A stretch of 64,000 nt of DNA from Entomortierella parvispora E1425 (Eukaryota > Fungi > Mortierellomycota). Below the pieces are notes generated by a model. It was not told the origin of the DNA and searched no databases. It worked only from the letters and a program-made list of their open reading frames with translations. This document shows positions 10,563-22,379 of this stretch, in pieces (the stretch's first letter is position 1; each line of letters starts with the position of its first letter). The stretch is from positions 186,001 through 250,000 of the forward strand of contig BQFW01000015.1 of assembly GCA_020891255.1 (NCBI GenBank). The letters run 5' to 3'. The translations under genes and the position numbers were made by a program.

Positions 10563-13097
10563 ATGGCCGCTTCCTCTTCTTCGTCTCCTGATTTTGAGTC
10601 GGTCATCACCCAGGTCCCTGAGTCGTTTCCACCGGCGCCTCCCCCGCTCGCCTCTCAGTACTACATTCCTTCTTCTCGCAGGAGCCACCTCCTCCACAGC
10701 CAGACCGTCATCCTCGATCTCCACGGGACTCGATTTGAACTTGAGCGTGACACGCTGATCAACCTGCCCGAGTCCATTCTTGTCGTCATGTTCCCTAACG
10801 GCCTCCTTCTTCGTCCACCAGCAGCGCATCCACCCCTACCGACACCCGCGACTGCTGCTTTGTCATCCTCGTCGACAGCAGCTTCCCCCTCTTCTGCGAT
10901 GCAACCCGTCAGCTCTGCAGATGCAGCGGCCGTCGGTGCAGCAGTCGCGGTCGCAGGTGCGGGCGCAGGTGGTACAGGGGCAGTTGCAGGAACGAGAGCA
11001 GTGACGGGGTCAAGATCAGGGTCAGGAGAGACGACAATCTCTGGCCACACTGCAGAAGAGGGCGACCACAGCAATGTTACAACCACACCCGTCGATCCAG
11101 ACCCAGCTACGCCGAATACCACAGACATCTATTCAACCACAGCCGGACCACTCGTTACGACGGCCTCCTCGGCTGCTTCAAACGCCCCCATTCCGATTCA
11201 GGGGGACGGGTCGCGCGCAGTCGCTGGGTTGTCTGATAATGGTGGCATTGCATCCATTGGGTTATCGCCCGTTGTGGCTCCTCTATTGCGCAGTGGACAA
11301 CATCATCATCATCCTTCTGAGAGCACTTCTTACACGGATTACAGTGACTATAGCGATTACAGTTATGACGATTACGACGACGACGAAGAATACGATGAAG
11401 AGGAGGACGAAGACGGAGGCACCCGATACCAAGTGCGTGATGATCTGGATGAGGAGTATGATGAAGATGAGGACAATGAGATTTTGCAGCAGCATCTTCA
11501 AGAACCTGAAGTTATCCCCGTGGATTTTGATCCTGACTGTCTACAATACATCCTGGGATTTTATGATGCGGCAAAAAAGGCGGGAGACCGAATTCGGCTT
11601 CAGCGACTGCAGGCCGAGCGAGCTAAGCAATTGCAAAGGCTACAGCGACAACAACTATTGCAGAATACTCTAGAGGCACGCATGGGCGACCACACGAGGG
11701 ATCTAGGAGGGGCATCTACATCTTCAACACCGGTTCCATCACAAAAAAATCCAATGCTCTCCTATTCGTCGTCCTCATCTTCGGCGACTTCCTCTTCAGA
11801 GGTTCTTCCAGCGGCACTCAACTCGCTTACACCCCAGGACCCGCTGCAGGACAAACAAGCCATTATCGTTTTACGGGAGGAACTGGACTACTTTGCTATC
11901 CCACCGCCCTCCCCTGTCACCACCACTGCCCAACAGGACGCACCCAAACCTACACCCGCACGTACACCAGATGTTGTTCTCAAAAGTGCAATTACAACAC
12001 AAGCAAAGACTGAATCCGAAAAGGGCACTAGAGATGACAGCGCGTCTTCGTCAAGACAGTCAGTTGAAGAAGAGCCGCCATTATTAGGGAGGACGCCTTC
12101 AATGACAGCAGTCTCTGTCGCGGCAACATTAAAGGCCAAAATGTTTGCAGGCAGAAAAGGAAAAGAGAAGGGCAAAGGAGCAGCACAACCGCCACACGAC
12201 ACCAAGGTGGCAGCTCCGAGAGCACCCTCGCCTCTACCGCCACCACCGCCTCCAAAGGACTATATAATCTCGTCGTCGCCCTTACTACTGTCGTCTGGAT
12301 CAACATCTGCAAGTAAACGCGTACCGTCGCCTCCACTACCGCCACCACCCCCTTCCAGTCCACTTTTGATCAAGACAGAGTGCGGCCGGCATTTGGTGAA
12401 CGAGCGCAGGATCTTTGCGGCGTTGCAAAGGAACATTGAAAAGGCAAAGAACAAAGCAGAGCAGCATCTGATGGACATGCTCTGTGTCTCGGGATTCGAT
12501 CGACTGGGTGAATGGGGGTATCGGCAATTGCAACCGCAAAGGACCACGGTGATCAGTGTAGCGATGGTCTCCCTCAAAACCACGGCCTCTAGTCCGACCT
12601 TGCCAATTTCCGCCACCTTTAGCGCCTCAAGCGACCCAAATCCCTCCACTTCTGCTTCAGCTTCTTCATCAACAAAAGGAGCTCAGACAGAGAGCGAGAT
12701 CTTGGAACAGTTGCGTGTGAAGGAAGAGCTGGATAGGAACCAAATGGCGATAGCTCAAAAGTTGCTTCTGTTTTGGCGCAAACCCGCAGTAAGTTGTGTA
12801 TTTTTTTCTCTTCTTTCTTATAACCCTTCACAACCGTCTGAGTACCTCGTTTAATGATACTAATGCTTTGTTCTTGCACTCTACTAGAGAAAATGCTGGT
12901 GGGATAGAATCGAAGTAGAGGTTGATCAAGACCCAGTGTCGGGCAATAGAAAGGACAGAGGCGTTTCGACGGCTACAACGGTGGCTACATCAGCAGTAGA
13001 GACAACAACAGAGGCGGGTCTATCTGATTCCTCAACTAAAGTACCAGTCAAACTTTGGGCTCGGCGAACATGGACCTTAGAGTTAGTTCTTGTCTGA
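10563..13097 (+). CDS. WHI2: Whi2-like BTB/POZ growth and stress regulator (811 aa), exons 10563-12788 and 12888-13097
   Basis: Whi2 blocks LDLHGTRFELERDTLINLPESIL, DFDPDCLQYIL, IIVLREELDYFAIP, AEQHLMDMLCVSGF, KLLLFWRKPA|RKCWWD and the C-terminus KLWARRTWTLELVLV*. The GTAAGT...TAG intron is phase 0. Confidence 0.9.
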
Positions 13098-13763
13098 GAG
13101 ATGTCGAGTCCCCACACTACGGGCATCCCAGAGATGCAAAGGATTAAAACAATAAACGCCGCATCAAGAACCTCCTTTCTTGAACTATTGGCAAGCCTCG
13201 AAATATACGTCCTGTTTGCCATGTTTTCTTTATCTTTAGATCCCTTGACTTGCAGAACCTCAAGGTCAATTGTCCTCGGAGCAACAGGGATGGAACGTAA
13301 GCTTGAGAGAGATGTGAGGGGCCGAGAAAGACGGCCAACGGTCGTTGTCTCCTGGGGCCACCACAACCATCTCGTCTCCTCAAGGGGATCTCCATCTCTC
13401 AATCCCGCTTTTTTTTCTTTTTATTTTCTTTTTAAAAAAAAACGCTCCGTCACACCGACTTCCTTCCTTGAGAAAGAACATCATGAAAACGGGCATCCCA
13501 AGTTCTCCAGCGCACCATCTTCCATGCGCGCTCTTCTTTGCCTTCAGCTTGTTGATGCTTGTCACACGAGAGAGGGCGCAGCAGATAAGGCTCCTTTCCT
13601 AATACATTGACTTTCTCAACTCTTGAGTATGGATTTGGCGGGCAAAAGAGAATCAAGGGAGCCATATTTATTGTTTTTGTTTCGATTTTGCTTCAATCAA
13701 GACAATAAGCAGAGTAGAAGGCGAAGGAAAAAAAGAGAAAGAGAAAGAGAGACAAAAGGGAAA

Positions 13764-15246
13764 TCAACAACTAATCCTTGCGGACAGAGGCAAGTCAGCA
13801 AGTCTTTGACCTTTCGCCTTCATTTGGAGCTGCTGTTCTCTCAGATAATCCCTGGAGGGTACCCTTAGTAGAGGCCAATTGTCCAAAACCCACCGAATGT
13901 CGACTGCGTCCCAATACAGTGGAAAGGTTCCGTATATCCATCGCATGTGCCGGAGACCCTTCAGTTGACTTAGACTGCTCTCAGTGGCCACAAGATAGTT
14001 ATCATAAATGATCTTTTCGAGTCTTGTCAGCTTTGAAAGGCGAGATAGAATCAAGGCATCCCCGGTCTGTGTCGTTGCCATGAGTGATACACTCAGTTTC
14101 TGCATGCCTAAACAGATCCATTCGCGGTCATCCTCTGAAATGTCGATATCCCTGAGCTTCCCAGCCATCAAGTCCGTTAGCTGGGGCATCGTGCAGAGAA
14201 TGTCGTGGACCGCACTTCTTTCCAGCCATGATGGGAGATGCAATATCTTTATCGCCGCCAGATGACGACGCATTGATCGTAAAGCCTTCCAGTCCTTCAT
14301 ATGAAACATAGACATACCTAAGTCTAGCCGGACAAGGGGGCGCCATACATTTGATCAAGCCCGCAAACTCCTTTAAGGGGAATGTGTCCGAGTTGCCTAG
14401 ATAAGGAAGTGAAAGATCCTCCAGTCGTTGACAGGATTGTCCTGACTGAATCATGTTGCAAAGATCCTGCAGCATTTGCTTGTGGTGTCGATGGTTGCAT
14501 TTCCAATATAGGCTAGTGACGTTCGTGCATTGTCGCAAGATCCAGAGATGGACGGGGTACAAACCTCTGTCCTGGTGGTAGCTTAAGGTAAGGTGCTGGA
14601 TCCTGTTGGGTTCTCTGGAATCTGGCCATAGGGCTGTTGATATTTCTGTCGTGGTTTCTACTTTGTCAATATTCCAGAACTCAAAAGTCTCCAAGTGCGA
14701 ACACAAGCTCTCAAACACGCTGACCCACCGCGTTGGATTGCGAATCACAAGGTCGTGGGCAATGCTCAATCGTCTCAAACGACGGCAAAAAACAAGAGCG
14801 TCCAAGAGTTGATCCAAAGCTGGGCCGTGGTTGTAACCGAATGCCAGTGAAACGTCTTGCAAGGTTTGACAATGTCTCCGTACAAAGTTGTGCAGCGACA
14901 GAGAATCCAGATCGAGGTGATTCATCGCAATATTGTCTTTGGACCATTCCAGCGTCAGTCGATTCAGGTTGGTGCAAGTGAGTTGTTCACCCTCAGAATA
15001 GTCCATGCTGTTCCTGTAGACCAACGTGAGCTTGCGGATATGGGCTGAATTCTTTTGCACTGTGGCCCGCGTTGGGCGGAAGCTTTTGTCGTCCGGCTGA
15101 AGATCTGCCTCCATCCACAAAGAGGGTAGGAGCGTGTCGTGCCAGAGGCGGCAGATGCAAAGACACGCCGCCAGAGACGAATGGTCCAAATATTGTCCCA
15201 CCATGGAGAGTATCTCCGGCATGGCAAGAGGATTGGGTCTGTCCAT
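13764..15246 (-). pseudogene. F-box/LRR (RNI-like) gene with one frameshift near 14336-14340 (pseudogene or assembly error)
   Basis: F-box start NPLAMPEILSMVGQYLDHSSLAACLCICRLWHDTLLPSLW, LRR-like body, and the C-terminal WVLDNWPLL motif in a second frame. Removing one C from the C5 run gives the continuous MAPLVRLDLGMSMF. Confidence 0.7.
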
Positions 15247-15628
15247 TAGCAGCACTGATGTCTTGATGTCCTCCTGATTGTTATGACCATCCTGTGCTCC
15301 TGAATGCATGACAACTTCGACGGCAGTGATGACAATGCAGCCTTGCAGAGTTGCCCTCGCCTTGAATGAATGATGGCAATTCGTTGAAGAGGGGAGAGCG
15401 GGGGGAAGAGAGAGATGTGCGCAGTTGCATGCTCTTTTTCTCGAAATGTTGCCTGTCTGCTGGGGGGAAAGTCAAAAAAATAATAATTAAAGTTTGTTCG
15501 CAACGTGCTGGATAGACGACTCGGACGAGATGGATCGCGGCTCCAGTACGGTACGAGTCATGGCGGGACCCAAAACAGACCAAAAAGCCCCGCCTCAAAG
15601 TCAGGGGCACGTTCTGTTGTACGTGGGT

Positions 15629-16389
15629 ACGTTTTCCCAATTGGGCCCAATTGCGCTGGGATCAAAATTCTTCAAAAGGGATGTCGTGCCCACCTTGATT
15701 TGGAAAACGGAGCCTTCCTCCTTCCTTTACTGGCGAAACGAACCGTTCCACATAAACATAAAAACGTTCCAGCAAAAAAACTTAGAAGACCCGCAGCTTC
15801 GCGAGCACGCATCAGAAAGGGACAGGAGTCCCCCATGAGGTGTATTTTTTTGTCTTTGGTTGAAAGTTAGCAACTGGCAGCGAAAACACGAACGAGAAAC
15901 TCTTTTGTCTGCCATCCATGGGATGAAGGCGAGGTTGGGGGGTGAGGATGGAGCGAGGTCGGGGACGAGGATGAAAACGAGACTGAGGACCCGGGACGAG
16001 GCGAAAGATGAAAGATGGGAGGCAGTACATGTACATTAATTTTTCACACTGCGCGCTCTTCACCGAGCGGTATCGCACCATCTTCTTTTGTAGTGCATGA
16101 ATGGCTGGGCTTTGCTAACTTTCAACCAAAGACAAAAAAAAAAACACTTCATGGGGAAGCCCTGGCCAAGCCCAATCCAGCGCGACGACTCCTGTCCCTC
16201 TCTGGTGCGTGCTCGCGAAGCTGCGGGTCTTCTAAGTTTTTTTGCTGGAACGTTTTTATGTTTATGTGGAACGGTTCGTTTCGCCTGTAAAGGAAGGAGG
16301 AAGGCTCCGTTTTCCAAATCAAGGTGGGCACGAAATCCCTTTTGAAGAAATTTTGATCCCAGCGCAGTTGGGCCCAATTGGGAAAACGT
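15629..16389. repeat. Long inverted repeat: arms 15629-15873 and 16112-16389, spacer about 240 bp
   Basis: The arms are reverse complements with about 8 substitutions, small homopolymer indels and one ~30-bp insertion in the right arm. The two mirror ORFs in the track encode near-identical peptides. Confidence 0.95.
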
Positions 16390-16710
16390 GCCAAGCGGAG
16401 GACCATGTTTCGCTCGATGCTACTCCGTTCATCATGCCATCACCACTAGGGCCTCTAACCCTAGACACAACTTTGACTTGTAAGGCGCGTGTCTCTGAAG
16501 GCTCATACTATTGAATCCTCGATGATGGATCCCCCAATCATCGGACTGGCTAGTTAATGGTTAAGTATCGAGCTTAGCCTCTAAGTAATGGCTAAGCAAA
16601 ATGCAAAACCGAATGCATCGAAATCTCTTGATCACCTGACTGGCTAGGTAGAGTGGTTTTGGCAACCCTCTCCTGAACAGCAACCCATCCAAGTATCATC
16701 TAGGCGATAT

Positions 16711-16741
16711 CGCGGGGCGGCCCCGCGTTTTTATTTATTTT
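16711..16741 (+). other. GC-rich 7-bp hairpin followed by a T-rich tract
   Basis: CGCGGGG-CGG-CCCCGCG then TTTTTATTTATTTT; on the minus strand it sits directly after the stop codon and AATAAA of the 16740 gene. Confidence 0.6.
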
Positions 16742-19700
16742 ACAACGCAACACTCTTCGGAAGATGGTCCATCAGCGTCTCTGAGAGTCGACTCCAGAAC
16801 TGAGGCGAGTTGGGCGGTGGATACGAGTCATGAGGCGACCGGATCCGGTCCTCGCCCGCGGTCGCGCCAGACAAGAGCGAGCCCTCGGAGGCTATCTGTT
16901 CCTGGAGACACATGGCCGTTGGGTACAACATTTGGGGTGCCCGCCTCTCGCCACTACCACAATTGCTGGAGAAAGCTGAGGTGGGGGGCGAGGGACCGCT
17001 CAGATTGAATTGGTCGATGGTAGGCGTCGTGGGCGATTGAGAGAAGGACGCGTATGGATCCGAAGCGCTGATGGAGGTGTAGGCAGAAATGACCTGAGGA
17101 GACCTGGGATGAATCGAGGGTGAAGAGTTGTAGAATACAGGACGTGCAAGGGCATCGTTGGCCTGCTTGGGGGGCGGCGGCAGCACCCAGGAAGCGGCGG
17201 GAAGGTGTTCTGTCGGGGCTGAGAACGGACCACCAAAATCAATCCCATAGTCCTCCTCGAAATTCCATTCAGCCTTATATCCCTCCCAGTCGTCAAAGAG
17301 TTCTGTCTTTTGTCCATTGGGCTCTGTCGTGAGATGCATGTTCGAGAGCTCAATCTTGACATCCATCACATCAGATCCAAACGCGTCCTGTAGATATTGC
17401 ATAGCCGACGGGTCAACAGAGGTTTCCTGCAAGTTGAGCTTTTTCAATGAGGTCTGTGCAGCCCATTCCAAGATTGTCGCCTTTGGTACATTGGATCCTG
17501 ACAAATCCAGTTCCGCCAAAACTTTAGGCGCCAGACGCCCTAGGAACCTCTCCCAATATACATCATCCATGGTCCAGTTCTTCAAATGAATGGTTTCCAA
17601 CTCTCGAAGTGAATCGACGTGTCGGACGATGGAAGTCACCCAATCTGTCTCGTGCGTGTCTATGGGATTGCTGTCCGACCGGATCTTGAGTTTTGTAAGC
17701 AACGGAAGATAGGCTCGAGTTGGCATGTGGCATGCAAGTCTCCGCAACCAGGATCGAATCTCAGATCCAGTCACCACGAGCTCGGTCACGATCTTTCGGT
17801 TCCTGACCAACATCTCAAGAGCTGCTTCAGACATTGTGTAAGCAAAATCGCAGCCACAAACAAATGCAAATTCTCTGAGCCCAGGCGATCGATGGATGAC
17901 CTCTTGCAACCCCTCAAACCCCTTCTTGAAGAGGTGCGCAGATGAGAGTCGAAGGGAGGTCAGTCTAGATTGACTGCCAATCTCCAGACTCAAAAAGGCC
18001 ACGTCCTGATCCAAAAAAAGATGAGCGATTCCATGTCCAGATGCACCAGATTCGATCCTACTGACAGAATCGTGTTCCCGAGCTCGTCCCAGTTGTCTTC
18101 CAGCACTCCATGCTCTCCAACGTAATAAACGCCTCTCTTGCCCCGCAGATCCAGAATCGGAGGAATATTACATCCAGGTGACGCCAAATACCGATCTCCA
18201 TCGCAGAGATACCATGAGAGGACTCCATATGCTTCTGGTGTATTGCCCTGGATGAACATTCGCATCTCTGCAAACTCGTGAACGCGGCACTCGACATACA
18301 AATAGGCACCACCCAAGCAGGGCATCACTTCTTCCAGGAATCCATTCCTTCGCGCCCTTTCCACTGGCTGGCCGTCGGAGCAATAAACCCGAAGGGTTGT
18401 CAGCTTGGATTTTGAGATCACAGCGACCATGTCCCGGATCCCGCTATCGCCCAGTATTGTTGTGTCCACACGAAAGTCGGTATGATGAGGGGTAAAGCTG
18501 TCTGACCATCGATTCAACTTTTCGGCGATTGCACAGGTGATCCGATGCGTGTATCCAATATCAGAGGGTAGAATCTCAAATACACCCCAAGAAAATTCCA
18601 CCACATCTGGCGTGTTGTTGTTGATGTGTATCGTCTTGAAAATCGGATTCAGAATGTCCTCAAAGACGATAGTGCAGGCGTTGTCCACAAGCTTCAATCG
18701 GCGGATGTCGGCATTGACAAAAGTGGACCCCACCAGCCGCTGATAGACCTGAATGAACTCGTTCACTTTGCAGTGGATAATCAGCTCTGTCTGATTCAGA
18801 CACGACGCGGCTTTGACAAGAAAGTCCAAACATTCATCCGGGTAGCGAACCGTGAGTTCGGAGAGCATGCATCGGTTAATCACCTCCAGGATGCATTGCT
18901 GCGCATTCTCCGTCAAGATCTTGGGGTCCACAATAAGCCTTTTGAGACAGCTCTCGCCCGGGGCGACGATCCGGCTTAGAAATGAAGCAACCGAGTTCAA
19001 GATTTCGACGGTCTGACCCAAAAACGAGGGCAGGGATCCAAACATGCCATAAAAGTCCTCCAGGTCCACTCCGAGGTCATCGCACTGCATCGACACGTTG
19101 GCTACCCGGCTGTCATGTACGTTATCGAGAATTACCATGTTGTAGTTGTCGCCATGGGTGAGCTGACACTGCGAATCGACAGCGAACAGATCGCGTATTT
19201 CGGAATAATACCGAAAGATGTAGGCGGGTAGGCATCGAACAAGAACTCGAGTTCCTCGAAGGGTCGGTATCACTTCACGAATCAATGATCAGCCCAGAGT
19301 CGCCTCAGATGGAGGATTTTCGAGCATCAAATCGTCGTTGTTCCAAATAAAAAGATCCTTGAGGTTCGATCTCTGAATGATGGCGATGGCATTCTCGATT
19401 CCTCTTCCATCCAGTAAGGAAATGTCAATCCAAAGGCCTTCCAGTCGCGACTCCTTTTGGGTGCGCTCTTCCAAAATGGCCACCACCTCGTTCGTCATGA
19501 CTAAATTAGAGCCGCAGTTACGGGGAAGTGCTCCAAAGATGCTGAAGAGTCTGTCAAAATCAACAGAGTCATTCAATAGGTCCACCTCAGCCGTCGTTGG
19601 ATCCCGAATATCACTCATCCTCAATGTGTTGTCTTTATCATGGAAGTAGACGGTACGGATCCCTTTGTTCTTTTGGAGAAGGGTGCTGTAGACGTCGAAA

Positions 19701-21901
19701 AACATGGCCACTGCGACCTCAACATCAATCTCCTTGAGGCGCGAGTCTTTGCCGCTGAACTGTCCAAGGTAGTGAAGGTCGGTTTCGCTGTGGACGGATG
19801 TTGTCATTTTGGTAACAAAAGGAAGGATCGGCATCTGCTTACTGCAGTCCATGGCCACAAGATGGATACTCGAAAACTCGTGATTCTGGATGCATCCTGT
19901 CAGATTCTCTCCGGTATCCAGTTGTACCTCCAAAACGGAATAGCCTCTGAATTGATATGGTTTTGCATTGGCAAAAAGGGTTCGTACTGCATGCAGATCT
20001 GGCAGCTGGATGGTCAAATGTCGCAAACGAGGGCTTTTCTTCACAAGGGATGAGATGAGGCCCACCTGAGAGCGTCCTTCGATGCCGGTCCCGAGATGTA
20101 TCCGTCGCAGCTACATGTGTTATCACAGTCAGAGTGGTGAGGGACCATACCATATCGCAGTAAGCCGTCCTTTTTTTTTTCCCTTTTTTGTTGCTGTTGG
20201 CCAACTTTACCTGATTTGTTATATGCAGTTTTTCGGCCTGGACCAAAAATTCGCCACAGTTCCTGATTGTAAATGATTGAAGCTCATGGCCGGCCATGAC
20301 CTTTGCGAGAACTGTTGAAGGTGTCCCTCTGGAGACCAAGTCCCGAATTCTGGACTGGGTATCGCAGCAATCAACCGTTAGACTGAGAATAGTAGTCAGG
20401 GAGACCATGGCTGCCTTGAGATCCCTAAAGTCGTCAAGAGTCGTCCGCCAGTCCAAAGTGATGACCAGTTCGTGGATAAACTTTGCCTTTTCCAGTTGTT
20501 GATAAAACTGTTTCGCCATGTCCCTCGAACTCAGTCGTATTTCTACCTTTCCTTCGTGGATGTGGTACGTTCCCTGGTTGGCAGTGATGAATTCTGTGAA
20601 GTGGACCCTGTCAATCATCTTTTACTCGTCGCGATAATGATCCAGGCAGACCCATTTGATGGTGCCATTCGGTCTAGCCAAACGGTAGAGGTTCCCCAGA
20701 ACTTGTGTCGTGTCTCGGTTCTTCAGAAACGAGGCTAGGTGTCGCAGGTCCGCTCCTTCTAATGCCTCAATCTGCTCTACTTCTAAAGTCTCGTCCTCTG
20801 CATCCTCCGCTGAGTTTATCCGGTCCTTGGACGGCATATCCTTCAAGAATCCAATGGCTTCGTCTACTTTTTGAGTGAGTTGTTTCCTAGTCGCATTCTC
20901 AATCTCCTCAATCCCGTCCTGGAGTCCCTGACCTACACCTGCTATCTGAGAGACGACAAAACCGACAGCGAGGACAGAATATCGAAGAAGTTGAAGGAGC
21001 GTCAGGATGTAAGGGCCGTACTTTTGAAAAAACTCTGAAGGTCGATCAATGTCATAGCCGTCATGCTTTGCAAAGTGGATGTGAGGTCGCGACTTGTTGC
21101 TGTCGCCAGAAGATGAAGTGTCGCATTCGCAGAGAAAGTACAGTCGATACTTGTCAACCAAAGGGTTGATCCTATCCCTAAACGAGTTGCGTGCTGGAAG
21201 AACGACAAAGAGTCGCGGGATTGGGTATTCGTGCAGCTCGTAGGTCAGTCGAAAGATAGAGTTGGCTCGTTCGAGGATCAAGGCGAGCCAGTTGTGGGTG
21301 GTCTTCATCATATCAACCAGCCCTTCTTGGTTCCTTTGCTGAATATCTCGGACTTCTTCCACTGTGTGTGCAATCTCGGAGATTCCTGTCAAGAGCTGTC
21401 CTGCCAAACGCCTATTGACGCCGCCAAGCGATTCGATAGAGACCTCGAGAGAATCGATGTCGTGGTTGTTGAGGTCACTGACGTTGAAGTTTGAGATGCA
21501 GAACTTGAGGATGGACGTTCATCCACCGGGACGATCTTAAAGGTGACGCCCGGCTTATATTCCATCCTCCTTGGCTCTAAGCTTTGTTCGTTTGAAAAGT
21601 TCAAAGGTCAGCATAAACAGCAAACCAAACGGCAGACTCGTTTAGTAAAACAAAGAAACGTCGGTGGGTTGACTTACTACTTTCGACTCTTGTCTTTTAA
21701 AGAAGGCACGACCATGATGCCATTTTTGATGAAAAACTCTCCGCGGAAGACCTCCTGGATATCGGACAAGTAGACGACCTTTTTGCCAGAGTCAGGGTCC
21801 ATCTCGGCAAGGATGCCGTGAACATCGCCGCCAGCACTCCATTCAAAATACTGACAGTCGTCTAAGTCGTTGGTGATGTTCTCCTCTTGTATCAATGTCA
21901 T
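16740..21901 (-). pseudogene. Copy A of a Mortierellaceae-type large LRR/RNI-like gene, inactivated
   Basis: Collinear with intact copy B. Lesions: TAA at 20622-20624 where B has Tyr, TGA at 19289-19291 where B has Trp, a +1 frameshift in the A7 run at 18013-18019, and a frame change at about 21410-21480 (71-nt intron or -1 frameshift). Introns at 21677-21582 and 20210-20111. Confidence 0.85.
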
Positions 21902-22201
21902 GAATGGGCGAGTGTTTTTTCTGCTGCTTTGGCTGGACGATGAAGGGCGAGGAGGGAGAGGGGGCTGGGTGGGAATGGGGATGTGAGCACACGGGAGAGA
22001 AGAAGGGGGGAGAGAGTCGAGGATGGGCACTGCCAGTGGGTTTCTTGTGGCATAAACAGATGAAGAGCCCTTTTCTCTGTGTTCCCGCTAGACGACCCGA
22101 GGCTGCATGTCCCTGTTGGACAGACGCCGCTCAGGGCAGACACAAGGGTCTTCAGTAGCCCATTCGACTCTTTCCGTCCTTTTGTTTCCCACAATCCAGA
22201 C

Positions 22202-22379
22202 TTGATTGACCCGACAGACTGTCTGTGCATCCGTGCATTAGTCCCAGCCCATCTGCAGGAACAAGAGCATGGTCACATGGATGGCCAAGATGGATCAGAC
22301 GGTGACATTGTCACATTGTCCATTGGAGTGCATTGAAGACGAGAGCTGAGCAATGCGGGTGTCCTTCTCGGAAGACAGC
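22202..22379. repeat. 178-bp dispersed duplication, copy 1 (same orientation as 40076-40253)
   Basis: 177/178 identical to 40076-40253 by direct comparison; the single difference is ggatggcc versus ggagggcc. Confidence 0.95.

Noticed and set aside
16455-16463. CTAACCCTA as a possible telomerase RNA template
   Set aside because: A few such 9-mers are expected by chance in 64 kb, and this one is partly sequestered in a stem.
16699-16727. Helitron-like 3' end (hairpin then CTAG on the minus strand)
   Set aside because: The spacing is only 7 nt, the base after CTAG is A rather than T, and no RepHel gene or 5' TC end was identified.
19289-20624. RIP as the cause of the nonsense mutations
   Set aside because: One stop is a transversion-type change (TAY to TAA), the region is not TpA-enriched by eye, and RIP is not established for Mucoromycota.
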